Below the pieces are notes generated by a model. That model worked only from the letters and a program-made list of their open reading frames with translations, did no database searches and was not told the DNA's origin. A stretch of 64,000 nucleotides of DNA from Candidatus Microgenomates bacterium. Lineage in GTDB: Bacteria > Patescibacteriota > Microgenomatia > UBA8517. Shown here piece by piece: positions 56,024-64,000 of this stretch (the first letter of the stretch is position 1; every line of letters begins with the position of its first letter). Made by a program: the position numbers and the translations under genes. Where the stretch lies: the NCBI GenBank assembly GCA_049523135.1, contig JBEKNE010000001.1, forward strand, positions 391,009 through 455,008, in the 5' to 3' direction.

Positions 56024-57739
56024 ATGGAATCAAGAAAAATACTATCTAATCTTCAAATTGCAGAATTACTTCGTGATGTAGCTGCTGCCTATGAGCTTAA
56101 GGATGCTAAGAGGTATAAATTCCAAATAATTGCGTATGAGAGAGCGGGAGATGCCGTAGAACACGCAACAAGCGAGCTTAAAGACCTTTGGGATGACGGA
56201 AAATTGACTGAAGTGCCGGGAATTGGGCCCGGACTGGCAGAGCATTTGGATGAACTTTTCAGGACCGGAAAGTCCAAACATTTTGATTCGCTTATGAAGG
56301 ATATTCCACGGGAGGCGTTTAAGTTGATGGAACTTCCGGGAATTGGGATAAAGACCGCTCTAAAGTTAATTAAGGAAGGGAACAGGTCGGAAATAGATAA
56401 ACTTCTGAAGCAAGTGTCAGCCAGAGAAAAGAAAGATAAGCGTTTTCTTTTACCCTATGCGGCTATGGTTGCCCATGAAGTGATGGAATACCTGCTTATG
56501 TGTTCTTCTGTTAAGCGTGTAGATCCTTTAGGAAGTCTTAGGAGACAAGCATCAACTATTGGAGATATTGATATTGCCGTAGCTACGGATGACCCTTCCA
56601 AGGTGCTGGATTATTTTGTAAAGTATCCCACGTCGGGCAAAACTATTGAAAAGGGAGACCACACGGCCTCAATTTTACTTCCCGGGGATATACGTGTTGA
56701 CCTTATGACTCAATCTGTAGATTCGTACGGCGCACTTTTGCAGCATTTTACGGGATCAAAACACCATAATATCGCACTTCGTGAATACGCTCTTAAAAAA
56801 GAACTGTCTTTATCGGAATACGGTATTAAGAATCAATCTACAGGCGAGACTAAAAAGTTTAAGGACGAAGTAAGCTTTTATAAATTTTTGGGACTTACCT
56901 ATATTCAACCAGAACTTAGGGAAGATACGGGTGAAATTGAAGCTGCCCGTCAGGGGAAACTTCCCAAACTGGTTGAGCTAAAAGATGTTAAGGCGGATTT
57001 ACAAATTCATTCGGACTTTGATATAGAAACTTCTCACGATTTGGGTGAAAGCTCGATGGAGGAGATTGTTAAAAAGGGAAACGAACTAAAATATGAGTAT
57101 TTGGCTTTTACTGAACATAATCCGAGTCAAAAGGGACATAACGAAAAACAAATTATGGAAATCCTTAAAAGAAAGCGTGAAAAGATTGATAAATTAAATT
57201 ACTCAATAAAAAATAGCCATAGAGGTAGTGTACAAAAAGTGTTCAATAGTCTTGAAATTGATATTTTACCCGACGGAAGGTTGCCTGTCCCGGAAGAAGG
57301 ATTACAAATACTGGACTTTGCTTTAGTTTCAATACATTCAAGTTTTGATTTAAATCGGGATTTAATGACAAAAAGAGTTCTTTCTGCGCTTTCTCACCCG
57401 AAAGTAAAAATATTTGCTCACCCTACAGCCAGAAAATTAAATGAAAGGGAAGGGGTTGAACTTAACTGGCCGGAAATTTTTGAATTTTGTTTGAAAAATG
57501 GCAAATGGATTGAAATAAATTGTGACCCTATGAGACTTGATTTGCCTGACACGTTGGTTAAGGAAGCCGTGAAATGTGGTGTGAAATTAACTTTCGGCAC
57601 AGATGCACACCACAAAGATGGACTGAATAATATGTATTTCGGGGTTTCGGTTGCCAGACGGGGTTGGGCGGAAGCGCGTGATATAATCAATACTCGGCCA
57701 TTGATTGAATTTGAGAAATTACTAAAAGGAGGTGATTAA
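56024..57739 (+). CDS. polX: DNA polymerase X with C-terminal PHP domain
   Basis: AY..A, .PGIG, GSLRR..TIGDID, RVDL, HFTGSK.HN..LR, PELRE..GE; PHP motifs DLQIHS, TEH, AHPT, TDAH. Confidence 0.93.
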   Translation: MESRKILSNLQIAELLRDVAAAYELKDAKRYKFQIIAYERAGDAVEHATSELKDLWDDGKLTEVPGIGPGLAEHLDELFRTGKSKHFDSLMKDIPREAFKLMELPGIGIKTALKLIKEGNRSEIDKLLKQVSAREKKDKRFLLPYAAMVAHEVMEYLLMCSSVKRVDPLGSLRRQASTIGDIDIAVATDDPSKVLDYFVKYPTSGKTIEKGDHTASILLPGDIRVDLMTQSVDSYGALLQHFTGSKHHNIALREYALKKELSLSEYGIKNQSTGETKKFKDEVSFYKFLGLTYIQPELREDTGEIEAARQGKLPKLVELKDVKADLQIHSDFDIETSHDLGESSMEEIVKKGNELKYEYLAFTEHNPSQKGHNEKQIMEILKRKREKIDKLNYSIKNSHRGSVQKVFNSLEIDILPDGRLPVPEEGLQILDFALVSIHSSFDLNRDLMTKRVLSALSHPKVKIFAHPTARKLNEREGVELNWPEIFEFCLKNGKWIEINCDPMRLDLPDTLVKEAVKCGVKLTFGTDAHHKDGLNNMYFGVSVARRGWAEARDIINTRPLIEFEKLLKGGD

Positions 57740-57742
57740 TTT

Positions 57743-58324
57743 ATGATTTATATAATATTGGCAATTGTTTTGGTTTTAGTTTTATGGGTTGCATCAATTT
57801 ATAATTTTTTTGTATCCAGTAAAACAAGAGTTGGCGCTTCGATTCAGGAAATCGGAAACCAACTTAAAAGACAGTCGGAACTTGTTCCCAATCTGGAAGC
57901 CTCAGCTAAAGCTTATCTCGTACACGAAAAAGGAATTTTTGCGGAGTTAACCAGTGCCAGAAAAGCCATTTCTTCCGCTGTTGATTCGGGAAATTTAAAA
58001 AGAATGTCTGATGCAGGGAAAATGCTTTCAGATGTTTTACCGAAAATTCAGGTTGTTGTAGAAAGTAACCCTGAAATTAAAGGTTCAACCGTAATATTAG
58101 ATTTAATGGATCAACTTAGGGATACTTCGGATAAAGTGATGTACGCAAGACGTCTTTTAATTGACTTGACGGCTGATTATAATGTCAAACTGGTTTCATT
58201 TCCGAGTAATCTGATTGCTAATCTGTTTCATTTTGAGAAACTTGCAGGACTTGAGACTCCGGTAGATGGAGACGAACTGAAGGTTAGTGCGGAGGAAATG
58301 AAAACACCCAAGGTCAGCTTGTAA
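57743..58324 (+). CDS. lemA: LemA family protein
   Basis: TM then YN, QLKR..LVPNL, HE, V.E..P..K, FPSN..A..F; upstream of htpX; strong SD. Confidence 0.9.
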   Translation: MIYIILAIVLVLVLWVASIYNFFVSSKTRVGASIQEIGNQLKRQSELVPNLEASAKAYLVHEKGIFAELTSARKAISSAVDSGNLKRMSDAGKMLSDVLPKIQVVVESNPEIKGSTVILDLMDQLRDTSDKVMYARRLLIDLTADYNVKLVSFPSNLIANLFHFEKLAGLETPVDGDELKVSAEEMKTPKVSL

Positions 58325-59253
58325 TGCAAAATATTTACGAAGTTCAAACATCCAACAAAATTAAGAGCGCAGTTATAATTGCGCTCTTTGTTGTGTTTGT
58401 TTTTTTGGTGGTGTACATTATCGCCAGCGCTTTGGGATACTATTGGGGTTATCAACCCGGCGGCTTTGGACTTGTCGGCATTGCGCTTATTGTTTCAGGA
58501 ATTTCAAGTTTTTTCAGTTATTATTATTCCGATAAAATTATTCTTGGAATATCCGGTGCCAGGCGGGCAACTCCTCAGGAAGATAGACTTTTTACACAGG
58601 TTGTTGAGAACTTATGTATCGGTGCGGGACTTCCTAAACCAACTCTTTACGTAATTGATGACCCGTCTCCCAACGCTTTTGCTACGGGACGAGATCCAAA
58701 ACATGCCGTAATTTGTGCTACATCAGGACTTTTGGATAAATTAAATCGGAGTGAACTCGAGGGCGTATTTGGTCATGAACTTACACATGTTAAAAATTTT
58801 GATACCAGACTCATGGCGGTTGTAGCAGTAATGGTAGGCCTGATAGCTCTTCTTGGGGATTGGTTTTTGCGGAGTATGTGGTTTACCGGCGGAAGAAGCC
58901 GCGATAGAGAGGGTAATACCGGAGCCATATTTTTAGTACTTGGGATAATTTTTGCAATTCTTTCACCCATTATCGGAACGCTTATTCAGCTGGCCATAAG
59001 CAGACGTAGGGAATTCATGGCCGATGCGGGATCCGTGGAAATTACAAGACAACCGCAGGATTTAATTTCTGCATTGGAAAAAATATCCGACGACCCTCAA
59101 CCAATGAAAAATGCGAATAAGGCCACAGCACATCTTTATATAGAAAATCCTTTTAAGAAAAAGGGGCAAGGAAACGTAGGTTGGTTTTCAGGTCTTTTTG
59201 ATACTCACCCACCGATTTCGGAAAGAATTAAGGCTCTTCAAAAAATGGACTAA
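58324..59253 (+). CDS. htpX: Zinc metalloprotease HtpX (M48)
   Basis: PNAFATGR.P, ELEGV..HELTH..N.D, SR.RE..AD, L..AL.KI, F.THPP..ERI. Confidence 0.95.
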   Translation: MQNIYEVQTSNKIKSAVIIALFVVFVFLVVYIIASALGYYWGYQPGGFGLVGIALIVSGISSFFSYYYSDKIILGISGARRATPQEDRLFTQVVENLCIGAGLPKPTLYVIDDPSPNAFATGRDPKHAVICATSGLLDKLNRSELEGVFGHELTHVKNFDTRLMAVVAVMVGLIALLGDWFLRSMWFTGGRSRDREGNTGAIFLVLGIIFAILSPIIGTLIQLAISRRREFMADAGSVEITRQPQDLISALEKISDDPQPMKNANKATAHLYIENPFKKKGQGNVGWFSGLFDTHPPISERIKALQKMD

Positions 59254-59272
59254 CGATAGTATTATTGGAGAT

Positions 59273-59584
59273 ATGGCAAAATTATCCAAAAGCGACGTAC
59301 TTCATGTTGCCAAGCTTGCCAATTTGAATTTAACTGAGAAAGAAATCGATAAATTTGCGCCACAGCTTTCAAAGGTTGTTGATTTTGTAGGAGAATTATC
59401 AAAAGTTGACACAAATAACGTTGAGCCAACAAGTCAGACTACCGGTCTTTCTAACATAACAAGGATTGATAATGTTAATCTTGCGGGTTCATTGACGGAG
59501 GATGAAGCGCTAAGCGGTAGCGATAAAGTCTATAACGGATATTTCAAAGTTAATGCAATTTTAAAAGAAAGGAGTGACAAATGA
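59273..59584 (+). CDS. gatC: Asp/Glu-tRNA amidotransferase subunit C
   Basis: V.HVAKLA.L, VDT.NVEPT, GYFKV; start re-assigned to 59273. Confidence 0.93.
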   Translation: MAKLSKSDVLHVAKLANLNLTEKEIDKFAPQLSKVVDFVGELSKVDTNNVEPTSQTTGLSNITRIDNVNLAGSLTEDEALSGSDKVYNGYFKVNAILKERSDK

Positions 59585-61002
59585 ATATAGATTTACCTAC
59601 CGATATAGAGGAAACACAGGAAGGACTCCTAGCCAAAAAGTTTTCAGCTGTAGAACTTGTGGATACTTATCTTGGCAGAATTGAAAAGAACAAAGACTTG
59701 AATGCATTTTTAACCGTTTCGTCAGATAAGGCTTATTTTCAAGCAAAGGAAGTCGATAGGGTAATTGGTGAGATTCCTCAAAAAGACATTCTAAAACAAA
59801 AGCCGCTTTTGGGAGTAACTATCGCCCACAAAGATCTGTATTTAACGAAGGGAATAAGAACAACCGCTTCGTCAAATGTTTTGAAAGATTACGTTCCGGA
59901 TTATTCCGCAACGGTTGTGGAGCGAATGGCGGAAGCCGGTGGGATAACAATCGGAAAAACAAATTGCGATGCCTGGGCACATGGAGCAAGCGGGGAAAAT
60001 TCGGATTTCGGACCCGTAAAAAATCCATGGAATAAAGAATACGTCCCCGGCGGTTCTTCCAGCGGTTCTGCCGCATCGGTTGCAGCTGGACTTAGTTTGG
60101 TTGCAACGGGAACCGATACGGGAGGTTCAATCCGTCAGCCTGCAAACTTTTCAGGCGTGGTTGGTTTTAAACCGACTTATGGCGCGGTTTCGAGGTATGG
60201 GGTAATTGCTATGGCTTCTTCACTCGACTGCATGGGTTCTTTTGCGGGGAGAGTTTCCGATGTGGAAAAGATTTTTAATGTAGTTAAGGGTAAAGACGGT
60301 TTCGATTCAACTATCTCTGACGCTTCTTATGATAAACCAAAAGACAGGATCAAAATTGGAATTCCCAAGGAATATTTTATCGAAGGTCTTGATAAAGAAG
60401 TTGAGGAAAGTGTTTTAAGAGCCTCAAAAGTTTTTGAAAAACAGGGAATTGAACTTAAGCAGGTGAGTCTTCCAAATACAATGTACGGTATTTCGGTTTA
60501 CTATATCGTTCAGCCGGCCGAGGTATCTTCTAATTTGGGTAGATTTGACGGAATAAGATATGGGAACGGCAGAGACGCTTTTGGAGCCGAAGCGAAAAGA
60601 AGAATAATGCTCGGAACCTACGTACTTTCGGCGGGATATTATGATGCATATTATCTTAAGGCGCAGAAAGTAAGATCTAAAATTATTGAAGATTTTGATA
60701 ATGTTTTTGATGAAGTTGATGCAATTATTGCTCCAGTATCTCCCACATCAGCTTTTAAGCTCGGAGAAAAAACCTCGGATCCTTTAAAAATGTATTTGTC
60801 GGATGTTTTGACTGTTTCTGCCAATTTGGCCGGTATTCCCGCTTTGGCTATTCCGTCTGAGGTTAACCGTGAGGGACTTCCTCTTGGCTTCCAGCTTATC
60901 GGCCCGAAATTTTCGGAGCTTTCACTTTTTGGTTTGGGTAAATTATATGAAAGTGTTACGCATTTTAATAACAAATGGCAAACGAATTTAAAAAGATTTT
61001 AA
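59581..61002 (+). CDS. gatA: Asp/Glu-tRNA amidotransferase subunit A
   Basis: Amidase signature KD, GGSSSGSAA, GTDTGGSIRQPA, SSNL.RFDG.RYG, RRIM.GT. Confidence 0.96.
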   Translation: MNIDLPTDIEETQEGLLAKKFSAVELVDTYLGRIEKNKDLNAFLTVSSDKAYFQAKEVDRVIGEIPQKDILKQKPLLGVTIAHKDLYLTKGIRTTASSNVLKDYVPDYSATVVERMAEAGGITIGKTNCDAWAHGASGENSDFGPVKNPWNKEYVPGGSSSGSAASVAAGLSLVATGTDTGGSIRQPANFSGVVGFKPTYGAVSRYGVIAMASSLDCMGSFAGRVSDVEKIFNVVKGKDGFDSTISDASYDKPKDRIKIGIPKEYFIEGLDKEVEESVLRASKVFEKQGIELKQVSLPNTMYGISVYYIVQPAEVSSNLGRFDGIRYGNGRDAFGAEAKRRIMLGTYVLSAGYYDAYYLKAQKVRSKIIEDFDNVFDEVDAIIAPVSPTSAFKLGEKTSDPLKMYLSDVLTVSANLAGIPALAIPSEVNREGLPLGFQLIGPKFSELSLFGLGKLYESVTHFNNKWQTNLKRF

Positions 61003-62231
61003 AAAACACCGGCTTTCTTAAGCTTTGGTCTTCACAAATTTTATCTCAGGTGAGTATAAATATTATGAATTTTTTGCTTCTGACGAGATTGTTTGTTCTT
61101 ACAGGTTCTACAATAGCTACTTCAATGCTTTGGGTTGCATATTCTCTTCCGGCTATTTTTTTTGGTCCTATAGGGGCCGCGGCAGTTGACTTGGTAAATC
61201 GGAGAAAAATGCTTATGATTACAAATTTTTTGCAAGGACTGACAATTTTTTCTTATTTTCTGTTTCACGGGCAGACAACCTTTATACTTTATGGTGTAGT
61301 TATGATTTATTCTTTATTTAATCAATTTTATTCTCCGGCTGAAGCAGCATCTCTTCCCAATGTTGTAACCAAACTCGAACTGCCTCAAGCCAATAGTCTC
61401 TTTTTCTTTACTTTACAAACTTCTTTGGTAGTTGGTTTTGGTTTTGCAGGAATTTTACAATCAGTGATTGGTTTTAACGGAAGTTTGCTTCTTTGTAGTA
61501 TATTTTTATTTTTGGCATTTATCAGTACATGGCTTCTTCCCGATATTAAAATAGTAGGCAAACCGTTTTTTTCATTCGAGCATGTTCTTAAAACTATTTA
61601 TGAATCCATATTGGAAGGGTATGAATTTATAAGAAAAAATAAATTTATCGAGCTTCCCTTAATACTGCTTTTGGGGTTACAGGCATGTCTTTCAATGATT
61701 GTTGTTAATTTGCCCGCAATTGCTTCGCAGGTTCTTAATATTCCTCTTAACCTTTCAGGTGTATCGGTTGTTGTTCCGGCCGGGATCGGAGCAGTTTTAG
61801 CCTCAGTTATTGTTACAAGAATGCTTAAAAAAGGAATAAGAAAGAAGATAATAATTGAATACTGTTTGGCTTTCGTCGGTATCTCAATGCTTCTTATAGG
61901 AGTATTGGTTCCGTTTGCCCCGCAATTTGTTCGATCGTTTATCACACCCCTGGTGATTATTTTTGTTGGCTTCGGTTATATGGGAGTAGATATTCCGACA
62001 ATTACTTTTATTCAGGAAATTACTCCAAGTTGGTTTAGAGGCAGAGTTTTTGGAAATTTAGGATTTTTAATAACAATTATCAATATCTTTCCGGTGTTTT
62101 TCTCGGGTGCAATATCAGAAATATTCGGTGCCAGAACTTTTGTAAGCTTAATAGGGCTAGGGGCAACCTTAGCTGCAATTTATATATTTAAAAGAGGACA
62201 AGGTTTAATTGAGAAGAAATATACTGTATAA
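60975..62231 (+). CDS. MFS transporter (DHA3/MFS_3-like)
   Basis: 12-TM pattern, F..LW..Q..S, G...D..NRR motif A, PA..A..P..V....L..ANS, Q..TP...RGRVFG. Confidence 0.88.
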   Translation: MANEFKKILKNTGFLKLWSSQILSQVSINIMNFLLLTRLFVLTGSTIATSMLWVAYSLPAIFFGPIGAAAVDLVNRRKMLMITNFLQGLTIFSYFLFHGQTTFILYGVVMIYSLFNQFYSPAEAASLPNVVTKLELPQANSLFFFTLQTSLVVGFGFAGILQSVIGFNGSLLLCSIFLFLAFISTWLLPDIKIVGKPFFSFEHVLKTIYESILEGYEFIRKNKFIELPLILLLGLQACLSMIVVNLPAIASQVLNIPLNLSGVSVVVPAGIGAVLASVIVTRMLKKGIRKKIIIEYCLAFVGISMLLIGVLVPFAPQFVRSFITPLVIIFVGFGYMGVDIPTITFIQEITPSWFRGRVFGNLGFLITIINIFPVFFSGAISEIFGARTFVSLIGLGATLAAIYIFKRGQGLIEKKYTV

Positions 62232-62241
62232 AGAAACTAAT

Positions 62242-63549
62242 ATGAAGAAAAATTTTATTCCGGTGGTGGGACTTGAAGTTCATATTGAACTTTCTACGAA
62301 AAGCAAAATGTTTTGCGGTTGTTCTGCTGAGCATTTTGGGAAAAAACCAAACACTCAGGTTTGTCCTGTATGTTTGGGACTTCCCGGAGCTCTTCCGTTT
62401 GCGAATAAAGAGGCGATTACCGATACAATAAGATTTGGTTTGGCATTTGGCTCCAGGATTAATAAATTCAGTAAATTCGACCGCAAGCACTATTTTTATC
62501 CCGATTTACCCAAAGGTTACCAGATTTCCCAATACGATTTGCCTCTTTGTGTTGGAGGAAGTTTTGAAGATAAAAGGTTAACAAGGGTGCATCTCGAAGA
62601 AGATACAGGAAAGCTTGTTCACGAAAAAGTTGACGGAGTTAAATCTTCGTTAATTGATTTCAATAGAAGCTCGGTTCCCCTTATGGAGATGGTAACGGAA
62701 CCCGATTTCCACGATACGGAATCAATTATAAAGTTTCTAAAAGAGGCACAAATCATTGCAAGATATTTGGGGATCAGTAATGCCGATATGGAGAAAGGCT
62801 CCATGAGACTTGAAGCAAATATTTCTCTTTCACCCGACGGTAAACTTCCAAATTACAAAGTCGAACTTAAAAACATCAACTCCTTTAAGTTTCTGGAAAA
62901 AGCAATCAACGCTGAAATTAAAAGACAGGAAGAAATTCTTTCGGCCGGAGGTAAGATTGAACCCGAAACACGCGGCTATGACGAAATAAAACAAACTACC
63001 TATCTTCAGAGAAGCAAGGAAGATGCTAAAGATTACAGATATTTTCCTGAACCCGATCTTCCTCCAATGAAATTTACGGATGAAGAAATTGAAAAAATTA
63101 AAAGTTCTTTGCCGGAACTTCCTAAAGAAAAAAGAGAAAGGTTTGCAAAAGATTATAAACTTGCAGGGGATTATGTAGAGATATTGGTAAGTGATCCTGA
63201 AAGATCAAACTATTTTGAAGAAGCAGTAAAGTTAGGAACGAAAGCTGATATATCAGCTAAAGAGTTGGCTGACCTGATGATAAACAAGAAATTTGATGCC
63301 GAATTTCTTGAACCTGCGGGATTTGTCAGAAAAGTATTGGAATTGACAAGTGTTGAGTATACCGATCCTTCGGATACTAAATTTGCGGTTTTGGAGGTAA
63401 TGGGAGAGCAGAAAAAAGCTGTGGAAGATTATAAACAGGGAAAAGGTGAGGTCGTAGGATTTTTAATCGGAATGGTACAAAAGAAACTAAAAGGTAAAGG
63501 TAACCCCAGCTTGGTGCGCGAAGGTTTACTTAAAGAATTACAAAAATGA
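62242..63549 (+). CDS. gatB: Asp/Glu-tRNA amidotransferase subunit B
   Basis: [58 protein letters not shown]; start 62242. Confidence 0.96.
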   Translation: MKKNFIPVVGLEVHIELSTKSKMFCGCSAEHFGKKPNTQVCPVCLGLPGALPFANKEAITDTIRFGLAFGSRINKFSKFDRKHYFYPDLPKGYQISQYDLPLCVGGSFEDKRLTRVHLEEDTGKLVHEKVDGVKSSLIDFNRSSVPLMEMVTEPDFHDTESIIKFLKEAQIIARYLGISNADMEKGSMRLEANISLSPDGKLPNYKVELKNINSFKFLEKAINAEIKRQEEILSAGGKIEPETRGYDEIKQTTYLQRSKEDAKDYRYFPEPDLPPMKFTDEEIEKIKSSLPELPKEKRERFAKDYKLAGDYVEILVSDPERSNYFEEAVKLGTKADISAKELADLMINKKFDAEFLEPAGFVRKVLELTSVEYTDPSDTKFAVLEVMGEQKKAVEDYKQGKGEVVGFLIGMVQKKLKGKGNPSLVREGLLKELQK

Positions 63550-63974
63550 GTGACAGAGAAGCGGAAATAGAGAGTCTAAGCATTCCTGAAAAAGAAAAAC
63601 AAAATGTCAAAGAGCTGATGGCATTGATGGAAAAATCAGCGAATGATTTACAGCATAGAATTGTCTTGGAAATTGTGGGGGGAGCCGTAACTAAAGAATG
63701 GCCCCGGAAAGATATTGATTTAGCCTGTCATATTGTTGATCTTGGCGATGTAGAGGGTGAACATCCACTAGAGCGTTCTAATAGGTTTTTCTCAGTTTTA
63801 GAGGATATTGTGCATGATGCAGTGGAAAAGTCGGGAGGTTTCGCAATTGTAAATACTACTCACCCGTACGTAGATCATCAACAAGGTGGAGAAGACATTA
63901 TGGAACACAATGGTTCTATAATTGTAAAACCGATCCCAAAAGGTACACCAATAGAAGTTATAAATAATGTCTAA
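63546..63974 (+). CDS. Small Pol-beta-superfamily nucleotidyltransferase-like protein
   Basis: [17 protein letters not shown] fits hG[GS]x9DxD; C-terminal strand PIEVI supplies a third acidic residue. Confidence 0.55.
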   Translation: MSDREAEIESLSIPEKEKQNVKELMALMEKSANDLQHRIVLEIVGGAVTKEWPRKDIDLACHIVDLGDVEGEHPLERSNRFFSVLEDIVHDAVEKSGGFAIVNTTHPYVDHQQGGEDIMEHNGSIIVKPIPKGTPIEVINNV

Positions 63975-64000
63975 ATTTGTTCATCTACATGTTCACACCG
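63967..64000 (+). CDS. dnaE: DNA polymerase III alpha subunit, 3'-partial (PHP domain start)
   Basis: [11 protein letters not shown], the typical DnaE N-terminus. Confidence 0.75.
   Translation, partial: MSKFVHLHVHT

Noticed and set aside
1-64000. Alternative genetic code (UGA=Gly, as in some CPR lineages)
   Set aside because: TGA ends several genes at the expected positions (e.g. 2407, 11659, 26846, 38822), and conserved genes are intact in code 11

Overview
Core-genome window from an AT-rich, densely packed bacterium using genetic code 11. Gene content and style (alpha2 GlyRS, type-2 IleRS, L27 starting MSTHKAGG, shortened enzymes, DUF4012, orphan ORFs between core genes) suggest a CPR/Patescibacteria genome, probably Microgenomates; this is inference. 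In order, it holds: a surface-glycan cluster (1-9575); recO, a Zn/Mn ABC pair, two stand-alone nucleases, LCP, TspO and GlyRS; a complete and expanded dcw cluster (mraZ to ftsZ); ileS-rodA-rplU-rpmA-parB; lepB; an IMPDH/GMPR-family gene followed by a 42-codon purA remnant; four tRNAs; a second glycan cluster; and polX-lemA-htpX-gatC-gatA-MFS-gatB-NTase-dnaE (partial). I found no CRISPR array, rRNA, integrase or transposase. The best candidate for an undescribed system is a cell-wall-precursor module inside the dcw cluster: Cys-to-Asp MurA, YvcK/GlmR, and a MurE fused to a uridylyltransferase-only GlmU domain. Other notable signals are the purA relic coupled to a probable GMP reductase, an ORF starting 1 nt after a tRNA 3' end, apparently pervasive leaderless genes, a palindromic MraZ-box array, an AVHH-motif IleRS, a parS-like palindrome near an orphan parB, and a tRNA-Asp with C55. 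All functional calls come from motif recognition by eye; no database searches were run.
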